Shown piece after piece: positions 9,692 through 18,129 of a stretch of 62,259 nt of DNA. Made by a program: the position numbers and the translations under genes. The DNA is from a virus (lineage: Duplodnaviria; Caudoviricetes), in IMG/VR virus record IMGVR_UViG_3300026068_000006, positions 1-62,259 of that record; one strand, written 5' to 3'. The notes below the pieces were generated by a model. The model was not told the origin of the DNA, did no database searches, and saw only the letters and a list, made by a program, of their open reading frames with translations. Each line of letters starts with the position of its first letter. The stretch's first letter is position 1.

Positions 9692-9888
9692 CCAGAGATC
9701 AAGCCATCAAAATTTTGGATAGGGCGCTGGAAGATTATCGGCAACGCCTGTCCTGGGATGCGAACCTTTATCGTAAGGGGGTTGATACGGCTCAGGGCAA
9801 GCGAGCGGCTGATAAGCTGGACGAATTAAACAGGGCATTAGAGTTGTTGATTGGCCCAATACAATTGAGTTTATTGGAGGATGGATGA
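9688..9888 (+). CDS. Hypothetical protein
   Basis: ATGA overlaps on both sides. Confidence 0.7.
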   Translation: MTRDQAIKILDRALEDYRQRLSWDANLYRKGVDTAQGKRAADKLDELNRALELLIGPIQLSLLEDG

Positions 9889-10304
9889 TTTGTCTGATAT
9901 GTGGAAAAGCGAAAGCTCGTGTCAAGGGGCGCTGTGGCACTTGTTATATTTATCTGAGACGCCGAGGTGAGGATCGCCCCAAACACTTGTTTGATTTTTC
10001 GTCAAGCAAAAAAATTGTCTGCTCAAATTGCGGGCAATTGATCGAACACTATCGGCCCCGACTGGGCTTATGTTGGGCCTGTTACAATTACCAGCAGAGG
10101 ACTGGTAACGCCAGGCCAAAGCGAAAATCTATTATACCGCGTAAGCCAATTATACCGATTGGCGAACGTCATTGCGCTTGCGGAAAAGTGGCCGTAAAAT
10201 CTATCTGTGTTAGCGACAATTGGCGGCGGCGATATGTCTGTAGTGATTGTTTTGAGCAATATCGCCATCAGGCTGATTTAGGTGACATTGAGATATTATC
10301 ATGA
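9885..10304 (+). CDS. Multi-Zn-finger protein
   Basis: Two CxxC...GxCxxCYxYxxRxGxxRP units and a third CxC/CxxC; RBS GGAGG. Confidence 0.7.
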   Translation: MICLICGKAKARVKGRCGTCYIYLRRRGEDRPKHLFDFSSSKKIVCSNCGQLIEHYRPRLGLCWACYNYQQRTGNARPKRKSIIPRKPIIPIGERHCACGKVAVKSICVSDNWRRRYVCSDCFEQYRHQADLGDIEILS

Positions 10305-10861
10305 AAATAGATTTTGATGATAATGGTCATCCTCGCGCATTGCTAGTTTCAGTCAGTATACCCGACCAGGCGGATAGCGGCGGGAAATTTAACTGTGTTT
10401 TTATTCCGATCGAGCAGCTTATTGCATTGCGCCATGTTGACCGGTTGCTGGTTGGACATCCATGGCTGGATGTGCCGGCAGACCAGATAATAAACTATAA
10501 GTTGCCTCGATCTGATGTTAGACGCTTGCGGCGATATGTAGCCAACGGAAAATATATTGCTATGAGCGCGGCAGGTGATAGAGGTAAATTGTCAAGGGGG
10601 GTCAGACTGGACAGAGGCGGGGAGGTGATAGTTAGTTATATGTTTAGCTGGCGCGATCCGGTTAAATATATATCACCGGAAGATATAGCATGGCTCAGGA
10701 TAATTGAGGAAGAGAGTCATCGCTATGCGGAAATGTTCTGGGCGGCTGTCGCTATGGGGGAGCTTTTCAAAAGTTTACACGCAAAAATCAAAAAACCTAA
10801 AAAATTGTTAGCCAAAAAGAAACGGCGACAATCATTAATTAATAAGGAGCATTATGTATAG
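10301..10861 (+). CDS. Hypothetical protein
   Basis: Coupled ORF of 186 aa. Confidence 0.7.
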   Translation: MKIDFDDNGHPRALLVSVSIPDQADSGGKFNCVFIPIEQLIALRHVDRLLVGHPWLDVPADQIINYKLPRSDVRRLRRYVANGKYIAMSAAGDRGKLSRGVRLDRGGEVIVSYMFSWRDPVKYISPEDIAWLRIIEEESHRYAEMFWAAVAMGELFKSLHAKIKKPKKLLAKKKRRQSLINKEHYV

Positions 10862-11393
10862 TAACACTGATATACTGGCAGCAATGGCAGCCGGGCATAT
10901 TACCATCGACAAATTCGACCTTGACCAACTGGGCACTAACAGCTATGATGTTCGGTTGGGCAATACATTTTTTGAGGTGTTTTGGGATAATGATGGGCCT
11001 TATTTTGTAGGGCCATACGTCTATCTCGAGGGAGAGCGGGTTAATATCCCTGTGGCCGGGACGTTGCTTGCGGTCACCCAGGAGCGTGTAGGCACTGGTG
11101 GCAAAGTGGTGGCCGAGCTGCGTAGTCGATCAACGACCAGACGCATAGACATTACGACCAACTGTGACGCCGGGCTAGGAGATATTGGCTACAACGATAT
11201 GTGGACGATGGAACTAACATCGTTTGCGTCTCAGGGTCAACCGTTTTTGATCGTTGGTCAAATAGTTGCACAGATGGTATTTTACGAGTGCAAGAGCGAG
11301 CCAACACGGAGTTATAGCGGTCAGTATCAAGCGGACTGGCCGCTGAATATGATCCCAAGGCAGTACAGGCATAGAGTGAGATCACCCAAATGA
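10854..11393 (+). CDS. dcd: dCTP deaminase / trimeric dUTPase family
   Basis: NSYDVRLG, RSTTRR, AGLGDIGY, TMEL, AQMVF, Y-x-GQY. Confidence 0.85.
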   Translation: MYSNTDILAAMAAGHITIDKFDLDQLGTNSYDVRLGNTFFEVFWDNDGPYFVGPYVYLEGERVNIPVAGTLLAVTQERVGTGGKVVAELRSRSTTRRIDITTNCDAGLGDIGYNDMWTMELTSFASQGQPFLIVGQIVAQMVFYECKSEPTRSYSGQYQADWPLNMIPRQYRHRVRSPK

Positions 11394-11671
11394 ACGAATT
11401 AAAGTTGAGAGCTAAAGCGATCAAATTGAGGAATAAAGGCCAACTGTTTGGCGAGATAGCCAAGGAGCTTGGAGTTAGCAAGACCATAGCGCGAAACTAT
11501 GCGCTTGGATTACAGAGTGTCAGGCCAGATGCTGAGAGTCGGGAAAATGCCCCATTTGTTTGCGGGCAAGCATCTCCCAAACACGATGGCCTTTGTGACA
11601 GGGAAAGAGATCATCCCGGCATGCATTTGGCCAATGATCGACGTGGCAGATTAATTTGGTGGAGGAACTAA
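11390..11671 (+). CDS. HTH protein with a C-terminal Cys/His motif
   Basis: LRNKGQLFGEIAKELGVSKTIARNY. Confidence 0.7.
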   Translation: MNELKLRAKAIKLRNKGQLFGEIAKELGVSKTIARNYALGLQSVRPDAESRENAPFVCGQASPKHDGLCDRERDHPGMHLANDRRGRLIWWRN

Positions 11672-11943
11672 TGCCAGCATGGAGAGAGGGCCGTATGGCC
11701 GGTCAGCGGGCCAGAAATAATGAGCAGGCCAATCGAGCCAGCTCAGGCGGGAAAAATGTCACCTTGCCGCAAGCCAAGGAGCGGTGGGCTAAACAGGTCT
11801 GTGTATATTGCGGCGAGTCCACCGGGCGCAGGGTTGGTTACCTGGCTCTTACTGGCCCGGTAGTGTTTTGTCGGCGACATACCAAACAATATGCTGCCGA
11901 CAAAAAATGGGAGGCGATCAGGAAGGTGGAATTGGGATTATAA
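11671..11943 (+). CDS. Hypothetical Zn-binding protein
   Basis: RBS GGAGG; CVYC...FCRRH. Confidence 0.65.
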   Translation: MPAWREGRMAGQRARNNEQANRASSGGKNVTLPQAKERWAKQVCVYCGESTGRRVGYLALTGPVVFCRRHTKQYAADKKWEAIRKVELGL

Positions 11944-11952
11944 AATTGCCTC

Positions 11953-11981
11953 TTGACACTAAGGAGATAATATGATATAAT
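11953..11981 (+). promoter_or_regulatory. Sigma-70 consensus promoter
   Basis: TTGACA-17-TATAAT with TGn extension. Confidence 0.85.
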
Positions 11982-12026
11982 AATTACAAGTTAGTAAGCA
12001 ATAAAATATTTAACAGGGAGAATAAG

Positions 12027-12560
12027 ATGTATAACAAAAGTGAAGTAACGATAACTGAAATGAAAAGTGGGGATTTAGGAATTAAGACCCCCTTTAACCG
12101 GCGATTTACTAACGAGCTGAAGGCGCTAGTTCCTTCGGCAAAGTGGCAAAATCCTTATTGGATTATCAAGCAATCCGGCCGAGAGCAAACTGAAGAGCTT
12201 TTGAGTAAGTATTATCCAGCTCAAGAAGCTCTTGAGCGGGTCAGGATTGAATGGAATTTAGATCGTGATGACCCCCAAATTGATGGGGTGTCACTGGCTA
12301 ACATCGAACGGGACAATTGGGGCTGGAAGCGTAATTGCCCCTTTGATTTCAAAGTGATCGAACAAACTTTGGAAAGCGGCGGAAGTCGCAATAATCCGGG
12401 GTTATTTGGTCGTTTGATCATTGAGGTCTCTGTTCGGCCCGGCGCGATAGTCAGCCCGGCGGCAACGGTTACGGTGTTGGAAGCGGGCGAGCAGGTCAAC
12501 CCGTTGGCCGGTTTTACGAACGAAGAGCTAATCGCTGAATTAGCTCGGCGCGGACTATAA
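12027..12560 (+). CDS. Hypothetical phage protein
   Basis: RBS GGGAG directly downstream of a promoter. Confidence 0.75.
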   Translation: MYNKSEVTITEMKSGDLGIKTPFNRRFTNELKALVPSAKWQNPYWIIKQSGREQTEELLSKYYPAQEALERVRIEWNLDRDDPQIDGVSLANIERDNWGWKRNCPFDFKVIEQTLESGGSRNNPGLFGRLIIEVSVRPGAIVSPAATVTVLEAGEQVNPLAGFTNEELIAELARRGL

Positions 12561-12582
12561 AAATAATAAATTGGGAGGTGCA

Positions 12583-12702
12583 ATGCTGGTACGACATAGG
12601 TCACTTGATCAAAATGGTGAATGGAGGATTTCATACCGGTTTAGCGGGCCGGAGTGCTGGTTCGTGTCTCCAGTGAGATCGAGCGCGGTCAATCCTGATT
12701 AA
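12583..12702 (+). CDS. Small ORF (39 aa), not in the ORF track
   Basis: GGAGG RBS; MLVRHRSLDQ...VNPD. Confidence 0.35.
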   Translation: MLVRHRSLDQNGEWRISYRFSGPECWFVSPVRSSAVNPD

Positions 12703-12720
12703 CAAATAGCCCCATTACCC

Positions 12721-12755
12721 GACAGGCGTATATTTTATTATACGCCTGTTATTTT
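12721..12755 (+). terminator. Intrinsic terminator-like hairpin
   Basis: ACAGGCGTATA / TATACGCCTGT followed by TATTTT. Confidence 0.6.
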
Positions 12756-12770
12756 ATTAAGGAGTTTATT

Positions 12771-13007
12771 ATGATCGTAAAAACAAAACTAAGTATAAAG
12801 GCAACCAAATCCACTCGCCCGTTCCCCTTGGGCTATATTGACCGCCAGATTATTTGTATTGGGTCAATGGCTCTTGGCGTTGACGGATCAGGAGGACGAA
12901 TAAGCCAAGAGCAAGCCATTGATTTGTTGATAGAGGCGGTCAAAAGTGGGGCCGCCAAGATCACGATTGAATTTAGAGATGTGTCAATCGAGTTAAAGGA
13001 GGAGTAA
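12771..13007 (+). CDS. Hypothetical protein
   Basis: RBS AAGGAG. Confidence 0.7.
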   Translation: MIVKTKLSIKATKSTRPFPLGYIDRQIICIGSMALGVDGSGGRISQEQAIDLLIEAVKSGAAKITIEFRDVSIELKEE

Positions 13008-13008
13008 A

Positions 13009-13716
13009 ATGGCAATTAACAGTAGTATCGAATGGACAAACGACACTTGGAATCCCTGGCAAGGGTGTACCAAGGTGTCGGCAGGTTGTAAAAATTGCTA
13101 TATGTATCGGGACAAGCGGCGCTATGGCCAAAACCCGACCATAGTAGTACGCTCCAAGCCCGCCACGTTTAACGCCCCTCTCAAAAAACTAAAGGGACCA
13201 TTGGTATTTACCTGTAGCTGGTCCGACTTCTTTATCGCTCAAGCTGATCCCTGGCGCGGCGAGGCTTGGGATATAATTCGCCAGACGCCACATCTGACCT
13301 ATCAGATTTTGACCAAGCGACCGGAGAGGATTGTGTCTCACTTGCCCGCCGACTGGGGCAACGGTTGGCCCAACGTCTGGCTGGGGGTCAGCGTGGAGGA
13401 CAACGAACAAATATTGAGGATGGATACTCTGAGACATATTCCCGCAGCATTACGATTCGTAAGTGCGGAACCGTTGTTAGAGATGGTTCGTCTTAACCTT
13501 GATGGATTTGGCTGGGTGATAAGTGGCGGGGAAAGTGGGCCAGATTATCGGCCGGCAAATACAAGTTGGTTTCTCCACCTCGCGTCTCAGTGTCAAAAAG
13601 CCAATGTGTCATTTTTCCACAAGCAGCACGGCGGCAGTAAAAAGCTTGGCAGCACCTGGGGCGGCCGGCTATTGAATGGTCAAATTTGGGACGAGATACC
13701 AAGCCATGGAGGATGA
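13009..13716 (+). CDS. DUF5131 (phage Gp37/Gp68) radical-SAM-like protein
   Basis: SIEWT..TWNPWQGCTKVSAGCKNCY, LTKRPER, SAEPLL, WVISGGESG, FFHKQ. Confidence 0.92.
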   Translation: MAINSSIEWTNDTWNPWQGCTKVSAGCKNCYMYRDKRRYGQNPTIVVRSKPATFNAPLKKLKGPLVFTCSWSDFFIAQADPWRGEAWDIIRQTPHLTYQILTKRPERIVSHLPADWGNGWPNVWLGVSVEDNEQILRMDTLRHIPAALRFVSAEPLLEMVRLNLDGFGWVISGGESGPDYRPANTSWFLHLASQCQKANVSFFHKQHGGSKKLGSTWGGRLLNGQIWDEIPSHGG

Positions 13717-13909
13717 GATCAAAAAGTTTTGGCAGACCCTGACTGATTGCGGCCTCCTGATTGACCCACAAGAGGCTGAGATTTTAGCCCGCACCAATCG
13801 CGGTCGATATGGTAAATATGATCTTGGTGCGGTAGTAGCTATAGCTGCTACCAGAGCGGCCCACAAAAGAGACATTAGATACAGACTAAACGGACTGCGG
13901 TCCGCTTAG
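13706..13909 (+). CDS. Hypothetical protein
   Basis: Overlaps the DUF5131 stop; start uncertain. Confidence 0.5.
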   Translation: MEDEIKKFWQTLTDCGLLIDPQEAEILARTNRGRYGKYDLGAVVAIAATRAAHKRDIRYRLNGLRSA

Positions 13910-13932
13910 GTAAATACAGGAGATGTGATAAA

Positions 13933-14130
13933 ATGAACTACATGGAGTATTTGCAGCGCATTAACTCAAAGTTTGAGAGGGGTCTGATAGATGGTCAGCG
14001 GGCGAATTACAAGCCTGGCTTGACTTATGGTAAGATCAGGTCGGCCTACGATGCCGGCTATCGAGAGGGGTTAAAGATCAGATCACTAAAAAAAATAGAC
14101 GACTATCGTAGTCGTCCAACAGGAGAATAA
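13933..14130 (+). CDS. Hypothetical protein
   Basis: RBS AGGAG; AYDAGYREG motif. Confidence 0.65.
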   Translation: MNYMEYLQRINSKFERGLIDGQRANYKPGLTYGKIRSAYDAGYREGLKIRSLKKIDDYRSRPTGE

Positions 14131-14167
14131 AAAAAAGGAGAACCAGAGATTCTTGGCTGGTTCTCCT
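14128..14167 (-). terminator. Hairpin with A-tract on its left side (terminator on the minus strand)
   Basis: AGGAGAACCAG / CTGGTTCTCCT stem preceded by an A run. Confidence 0.55.
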
Positions 14168-14199
14168 CATCTTAAGCCAATTTGATTTGATTGTCAAGT

Positions 14200-14246
14200 A
14201 TAAGATTATTTTATAGATAACGGCATTTGGTATAAGATAATCTTAT
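14200..14246. repeat. 47-bp double-palindrome element, copy 1
   Basis: 16-bp inverted arms around a 15-bp core. 44/47 identical to the reverse complement of 34458-34504. Confidence 0.9.
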
Positions 14247-14247
14247 T

Positions 14248-14276
14248 TTGAGGAGTACGGACTGATGTGGTATAAT
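14248..14276 (+). promoter_or_regulatory. Extended -10 promoter for the putative rep gene
   Basis: TTGAGG-17-TATAAT with TGn. Confidence 0.65.
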
Positions 14277-14295
14277 TATCTCAACAGTTTAGTCC

Positions 14296-14432
14296 GTTTG
14301 GCAGCGGCAAATAGAAGTGAATCGGGAAGCAAGCTCCTTTACTATGGGGGTTGCTGGTTGTTTATCTACAATTACCCGGTTGATTGCAGAACAACTGCCA
14401 AACCAGCAATGCCCATAGCATAGGAGTTTTTT
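14296..14432 (+). promoter_or_regulatory. Structured leader / attenuator candidate
   Basis: Long stem CTCCT..CTATGGG..TTGCTGGTT / AACCAGCAA..CCCATAG..AGGAG plus T6. Alternative pairing of 14296-14304 with 14395-14403. Confidence 0.55.
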
Positions 14433-14454
14433 ATTGCCTGTAAAGGACAAGTAG

Positions 14455-15537
14455 ATGACAACAGTAAAGACAATGTTAGAGTGGATTAGTGCCGGCAAAC
14501 TTCCGGGAACGCCGGGATATCCGGGATACAAAGCACCGGAAGCAAGTAGCATCGAACCAGAACAAGAGCAAGAACAAGAACCAACAAAACCATTTAGCAA
14601 TAATATACAGGCGATGGTTAACGCCGGTGAGATTTGGGGCGGTTATCGACACCGGCAATCGGTCTGGAAGTTCCTGACCGCTGAAGAAAAAATGCAGTAT
14701 TGCACTCATCAAAGCGGCTATACGCAGATAGCCAAAATGCCGGATGGTTCGATAGCTTACTATCCGCAATATTGCAATATATGTCCCAAGTGCCTGGCGG
14801 CAAACGTCAGACAGCTTAGGGAAAAAGTGGAAGGCAAGGTTAATCATATTGAAAACAAGATAGATGATGGCCAGTGGCGTAAGAAAACGCTGGCGGCCGG
14901 CGCTGAGGCAGACAGTTTCAAAAAGCGCGTCAATCGGAATCAAGACAAACGGCACATGGAATATGCCTTGCCCGGTAGCGATGACGCTTATGAGATATGG
15001 ACTTACGTAGAAGACGAGCCTGGCAAGGATTTAGACGAGATTTATGGGCCAGTATCCGATCCGGGTGAAATCGACTTTGAGGCTGTCTACAATAACAATC
15101 GTCAGACTGGTAAAAAGTTTTCGTTTGGCAGTGGCTTGAGCAATAGCTCAGACGCTCCCAAAGATGAGGACACAATTCGCATTTTGATTCCCGGTATAAT
15201 TGTGGCGGCCAAGGATGAGGATAAGGCCACAGACATTATAGACCAGACAAATTATTTGGAGCTGGCTGAGACGCCTGAGCATGCGGCGCTACTCTACCAA
15301 TTCCAGATCAAATATATTGAGCAACACCTAAAAGCGGCCGGCATAGAGATCAAGGCGATCTATGCCAATTTTTACAACATAGCTCGTCAAAAACTGCTTG
15401 ACGGCTGGAACGGCAATGTAAAATATTGGATGTCCGTAAAAGCCTCTATTAAAATAGGAGTAGAGGCATTTACGGACACGGTGGAGTATTTAATTGAGCC
15501 TGTGCGCATGATACACGAAGAATTGTCCGCAGCTTGA
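14455..15537 (+). CDS. Hypothetical protein, candidate replication initiator
   Basis: RBS AAAGGA; EQEQEQE linker; CNICPKC. Function is inferred from the leader and the internal hairpin only. Confidence 0.4.
   Translation: MTTVKTMLEWISAGKLPGTPGYPGYKAPEASSIEPEQEQEQEPTKPFSNNIQAMVNAGEIWGGYRHRQSVWKFLTAEEKMQYCTHQSGYTQIAKMPDGSIAYYPQYCNICPKCLAANVRQLREKVEGKVNHIENKIDDGQWRKKTLAAGAEADSFKKRVNRNQDKRHMEYALPGSDDAYEIWTYVEDEPGKDLDEIYGPVSDPGEIDFEAVYNNNRQTGKKFSFGSGLSNSSDAPKDEDTIRILIPGIIVAAKDEDKATDIIDQTNYLELAETPEHAALLYQFQIKYIEQHLKAAGIEIKAIYANFYNIARQKLLDGWNGNVKYWMSVKASIKIGVEAFTDTVEYLIEPVRMIHEELSAA
15431..15478. repeat. 19-bp-arm inverted repeat in the 3' end of the putative rep gene (candidate origin)
   Basis: TGTCCGTAAAAGCCTCTAT ... 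GTAGAGGCATTTACGGACA, 10-nt loop. Confidence 0.6.
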
Positions 15538-15622
15538 CAATAAAGTCCGTTAGATTACAAAGCTTGGCTTTTGTGGTACAATAGCTCCATGTCTGTTGGT
15601 TAAGTTTGCACTTGGAGCGGTA

Positions 15623-16069
15623 ATGGATGAGATATTAAAAAAATTATATGAGCAAGGACCGGAAGTGGCTTTACTGGCCATAATCCTGATAAAGCTGTTT
15701 GAATCTCAATTGGCCATTTTTGTACCTCAAGCTGTTAAAGATTATTTCGCTGAACGCGCCAAACTCAAAGCTGACCAGCAGGAGCATGAGCAATCTATTA
15801 GACAGTCCAAAGCCAATCTGGACCGCCTGAAAGAGATGTCCCAGTTATCCAGTCTGTCATTCACAGAAGAACAACTGACCCAAATGGCCTCGGAAACACA
15901 GACCCAGCTCGTAGAGGCAAATACTTTTATCAGGCAGCTTGTTAATGATAAGCTGGACATAATCTTGGAAAAACAAAACCGAATTCTGGAAAAACTCAGC
16001 TTACTGTTAATCGAGTTACGTAAGCGCAAATGTCAGGCTGACAGTGAGGATACACAGGTGATCAAATGA
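15623..16069 (+). CDS. Membrane-anchored coiled-coil protein (holin-like?)
   Basis: RBS GGAG; N-terminal hydrophobic segment VALLAIILIKLF followed by coiled coil. Confidence 0.5.
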   Translation: MDEILKKLYEQGPEVALLAIILIKLFESQLAIFVPQAVKDYFAERAKLKADQQEHEQSIRQSKANLDRLKEMSQLSSLSFTEEQLTQMASETQTQLVEANTFIRQLVNDKLDIILEKQNRILEKLSLLLIELRKRKCQADSEDTQVIK

Positions 16070-16272
16070 TAAAATGGATATTGCGTCATCTAATGTGGCT
16101 GATCATCAGATTTATGTCTGCACTCCATGTTGATATAGATCATCTGGCCCACCACCTGATGACACTATCTAATAGGATTGACACCGCCAATCTGAGCGTC
16201 TGGAAACGGAATCTGATTAAAGCGCTTGAGTACTTACAGACCCTCAATGGTTGGCACAAAGACGAAAAATAG
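16066..16272 (+). CDS. Hypothetical protein
   Basis: ATGA overlap. Confidence 0.6.
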   Translation: MIKWILRHLMWLIIRFMSALHVDIDHLAHHLMTLSNRIDTANLSVWKRNLIKALEYLQTLNGWHKDEK

Positions 16273-16342
16273 ACTATAATATTTTTAGTGGTGTCGATCT
16301 TTTGATAGGAGATTGAGCTAACGAGCGATGCCACTCCCTCGG

Positions 16343-16380
16343 AGAGACTGCTTTATACGGCAAAGCAGTCTCTTTTTTTT
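16343..16380 (+). terminator. Intrinsic terminator
   Basis: AGAGACTGCTTT / AAAGCAGTCTCT followed by a T run. Confidence 0.9.
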
Positions 16381-16403
16381 GTTCTATTTCATTAGAACAC
16401 TAC

Positions 16404-16466
16404 ATTAAAGTATCGTAAATATTGTTTTTGCCCTATTGACATTATTTACAGACTGGTTTATAATAG
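16404..16466 (+). promoter_or_regulatory. Repeated promoter P copy 1 (palindrome overlapping -35)
   Basis: TTGACA 16436-16441, 17 bp, TATAAT 16459-16464. Confidence 0.9.
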
Positions 16467-16508
16467 AGATAGAAATTGATTGATTGACTAAAAAATAGGA
16501 GAGTAAAA

Positions 16509-16742
16509 ATGACTATAGATCAAGCAACAAAACTGATCAAAGAAAATAAAGAAGCCAGGCAATTGTTCGAAAAGGCTCTGTACTGGGAGCAAGAAGCGGC
16601 CAAGATTGATTACGTCAATAATGAAAACTGCACACAGCAAGACATAGATGATTTTAATACTGTCTGGTCAAACTTCCGGCATTATTTTGATCAGATTGGT
16701 TTTAACGGGGCAATCTACGAAGAGCTGAAAATTCGTCAATAA
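16509..16742 (+). CDS. Hypothetical cassette protein
   Basis: RBS AGGAGAGTAAAA-ATG. Confidence 0.8.
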   Translation: MTIDQATKLIKENKEARQLFEKALYWEQEAAKIDYVNNENCTQQDIDDFNTVWSNFRHYFDQIGFNGAIYEELKIRQ

Positions 16743-16749
16743 CTTATCA

Positions 16750-16778
16750 GTCCTGAGCCAAGACATAAAACTGGCTCA
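16750..16778 (+). ncRNA. H-type pseudoknot candidate
   Basis: GTC/GAC stem and TGAGCCA/TGGCTCA stem. A related sequence lies at 24556-24582. Confidence 0.4.
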
Positions 16779-16800
16779 TTACTCAAACAGGAGAGTAAAA

Positions 16801-16995
16801 ATGAAACAAAATAAATTACAAGAAACCATAGAGGGAGTTTATAAACTGGAAGTTTGGCGGGAAGACGGTAACGTATGGGTATCGTTTGACACGCATACAT
16901 TTCCTCTGGAAATCGCTCTGGATTTTTGGAGCGATTTTGATAGAGTTATTTTTACGATCCAATGTCTGGTCCAGATGTTGGACGAAATTGATTGA
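16801..16995 (+). CDS. Hypothetical cassette protein
   Basis: Same RBS motif as 16509. Confidence 0.75.
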   Translation: MKQNKLQETIEGVYKLEVWREDGNVWVSFDTHTFPLEIALDFWSDFDRVIFTIQCLVQMLDEID

Positions 16996-17023
16996 TTGAC
17001 TTAACGAAACAGGAGAGTGAAAA

Positions 17024-17308
17024 ATGAACGCAAGAATGAGAACAGAAATGACATACGGAGAGAAACTTTTGTTTGAGCTTAGAGAAAAGCAAGCAAAGGA
17101 AACTTTGGCTAAATTCGAGAAAGCAGAAAAGACAGGATTTCTGGCGGTCGGCAATGGCAAGGTTGTTCATCTTGCCACAGCGGACCAGAGTCATACATTG
17201 TGTGGAGCGGAAGGTGTAGGTTCCGCTCAGGTTCGCACGCAAATTTTGAATTTGCGGATTGTAACAGGTCCTGCGACCTGTAAACGTTGTATCGCAAATT
17301 GCAAATAG
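17024..17308 (+). CDS. Hypothetical Zn-binding cassette protein
   Basis: VH...TLCG...ATCKRC. Confidence 0.8.
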   Translation: MNARMRTEMTYGEKLLFELREKQAKETLAKFEKAEKTGFLAVGNGKVVHLATADQSHTLCGAEGVGSAQVRTQILNLRIVTGPATCKRCIANCK

Positions 17309-17362
17309 TTTGGTTCCAAATTTTAGTCGCTCAGAGATGGGCGACTGAGATGTGTGACTAAA
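17309..17362 (+). repeat. 54-nt hairpin repeat A copy 1
   Basis: TTTGGTTCCA-AA-TTTTAGTCGCTCA-GAGA-TGGGCGACTGAGA-TG-TGTGACTAAA. Confidence 0.92.
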
Positions 17363-17384
17363 GATAGTAAACAGGAGAGACTAA

Positions 17385-17611
17385 AATGGTTTGAATAACT
17401 CGGCCTGAGACTGTACGCGGCAAGTAAGGGGGAACCCTATTGCAATTACGGTTGCATAATGACTTGCTGAACGATACTAGGATTGGGCAGATAAAAGAGG
17501 GGTAAACGGTGGTTAGCCCTACCATCGAGAGGCGATAGCATAGGGGGAGCGGATGGTCTACATGGTATACCAAGACGCTCAAAGATTTGTCGGAGTTAAA
17601 TTAAAACCATT
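17385..17611 (+). ncRNA. Structured ncRNA candidate (~227 nt)
   Basis: No long plus-strand ORF. Closing stem AATGGTTT/AAACCATT and TAACTC/GAGTTA; at least five internal helices. Confidence 0.45.
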
Positions 17612-17632
17612 AGCAGTTAGTTAGGGAAAAGA

Positions 17633-18058
17633 ATGAAAGCGATAAGATGGCTGGGAGCGTTCAGAAAAAGCAGTAAGTCTCTTAACGAGAGTTTGGTATA
17701 CGAACTCTCCCGGCCGGCTACTGATGAAGTAGCCGCCGAGCCACTTGATGACGAGCCGTCAGTAGTAGCCGCCAAAGTAGGGTTATTGATCGAGAAGGGC
17801 GCTATTAAAAAAGTTTTCAATGGTGACTGCTGGTCGGAATATGGAGATGATGGCCGTCTCTACAAGACCAGGAATCCCCGACGGGCCTGGTCAAACCATA
17901 GAGAGGTGTGGGCCTCTCCGCAGTATACGGGTATTGTTCTCAAGGGCAAGGACTTGCCCAAGAGGACAACAAAAACCATTATATGGGTAAGCGAACAGTA
18001 TGGCTTGCCCATATATAAACTGGACAAAAAAGGCGAGATGAAGCAGATCGTCCTTTAG
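17633..18058 (+). CDS. Hypothetical cassette protein
   Basis: 141 aa; the stop lies inside repeat A copy 2. Confidence 0.8.
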   Translation: MKAIRWLGAFRKSSKSLNESLVYELSRPATDEVAAEPLDDEPSVVAAKVGLLIEKGAIKKVFNGDCWSEYGDDGRLYKTRNPRRAWSNHREVWASPQYTGIVLKGKDLPKRTTKTIIWVSEQYGLPIYKLDKKGEMKQIVL

Positions 18059-18094
18059 TCGCTCAGAGATGGGCGATTGGGATGTGAGATTAAA
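18054..18094 (+). repeat. Hairpin repeat A copy 2 (left outer arm missing)
   Basis: TTTAGTCGCTCA-GAGA-TGGGCGATTGGGA-TG-TGAGATTAAA. Confidence 0.9.
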
Positions 18095-18129
18095 CAATTT
18101 ATGGCTCGTAAGGGCCAAAGGAGAACAAT

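Noticed and set aside
16381-16398. GTTC...GAAC palindromes here and at 35846-35863 as LexA boxes
   Set aside because: Orientation and spacing differ from GAAC-N4-GTTC.
17403-17418. CCTGAGACTGTACGC resembling the group I intron R element
   Set aside because: Too close to the 5' end of the insert, and no convincing complementary S element or P/Q motifs.
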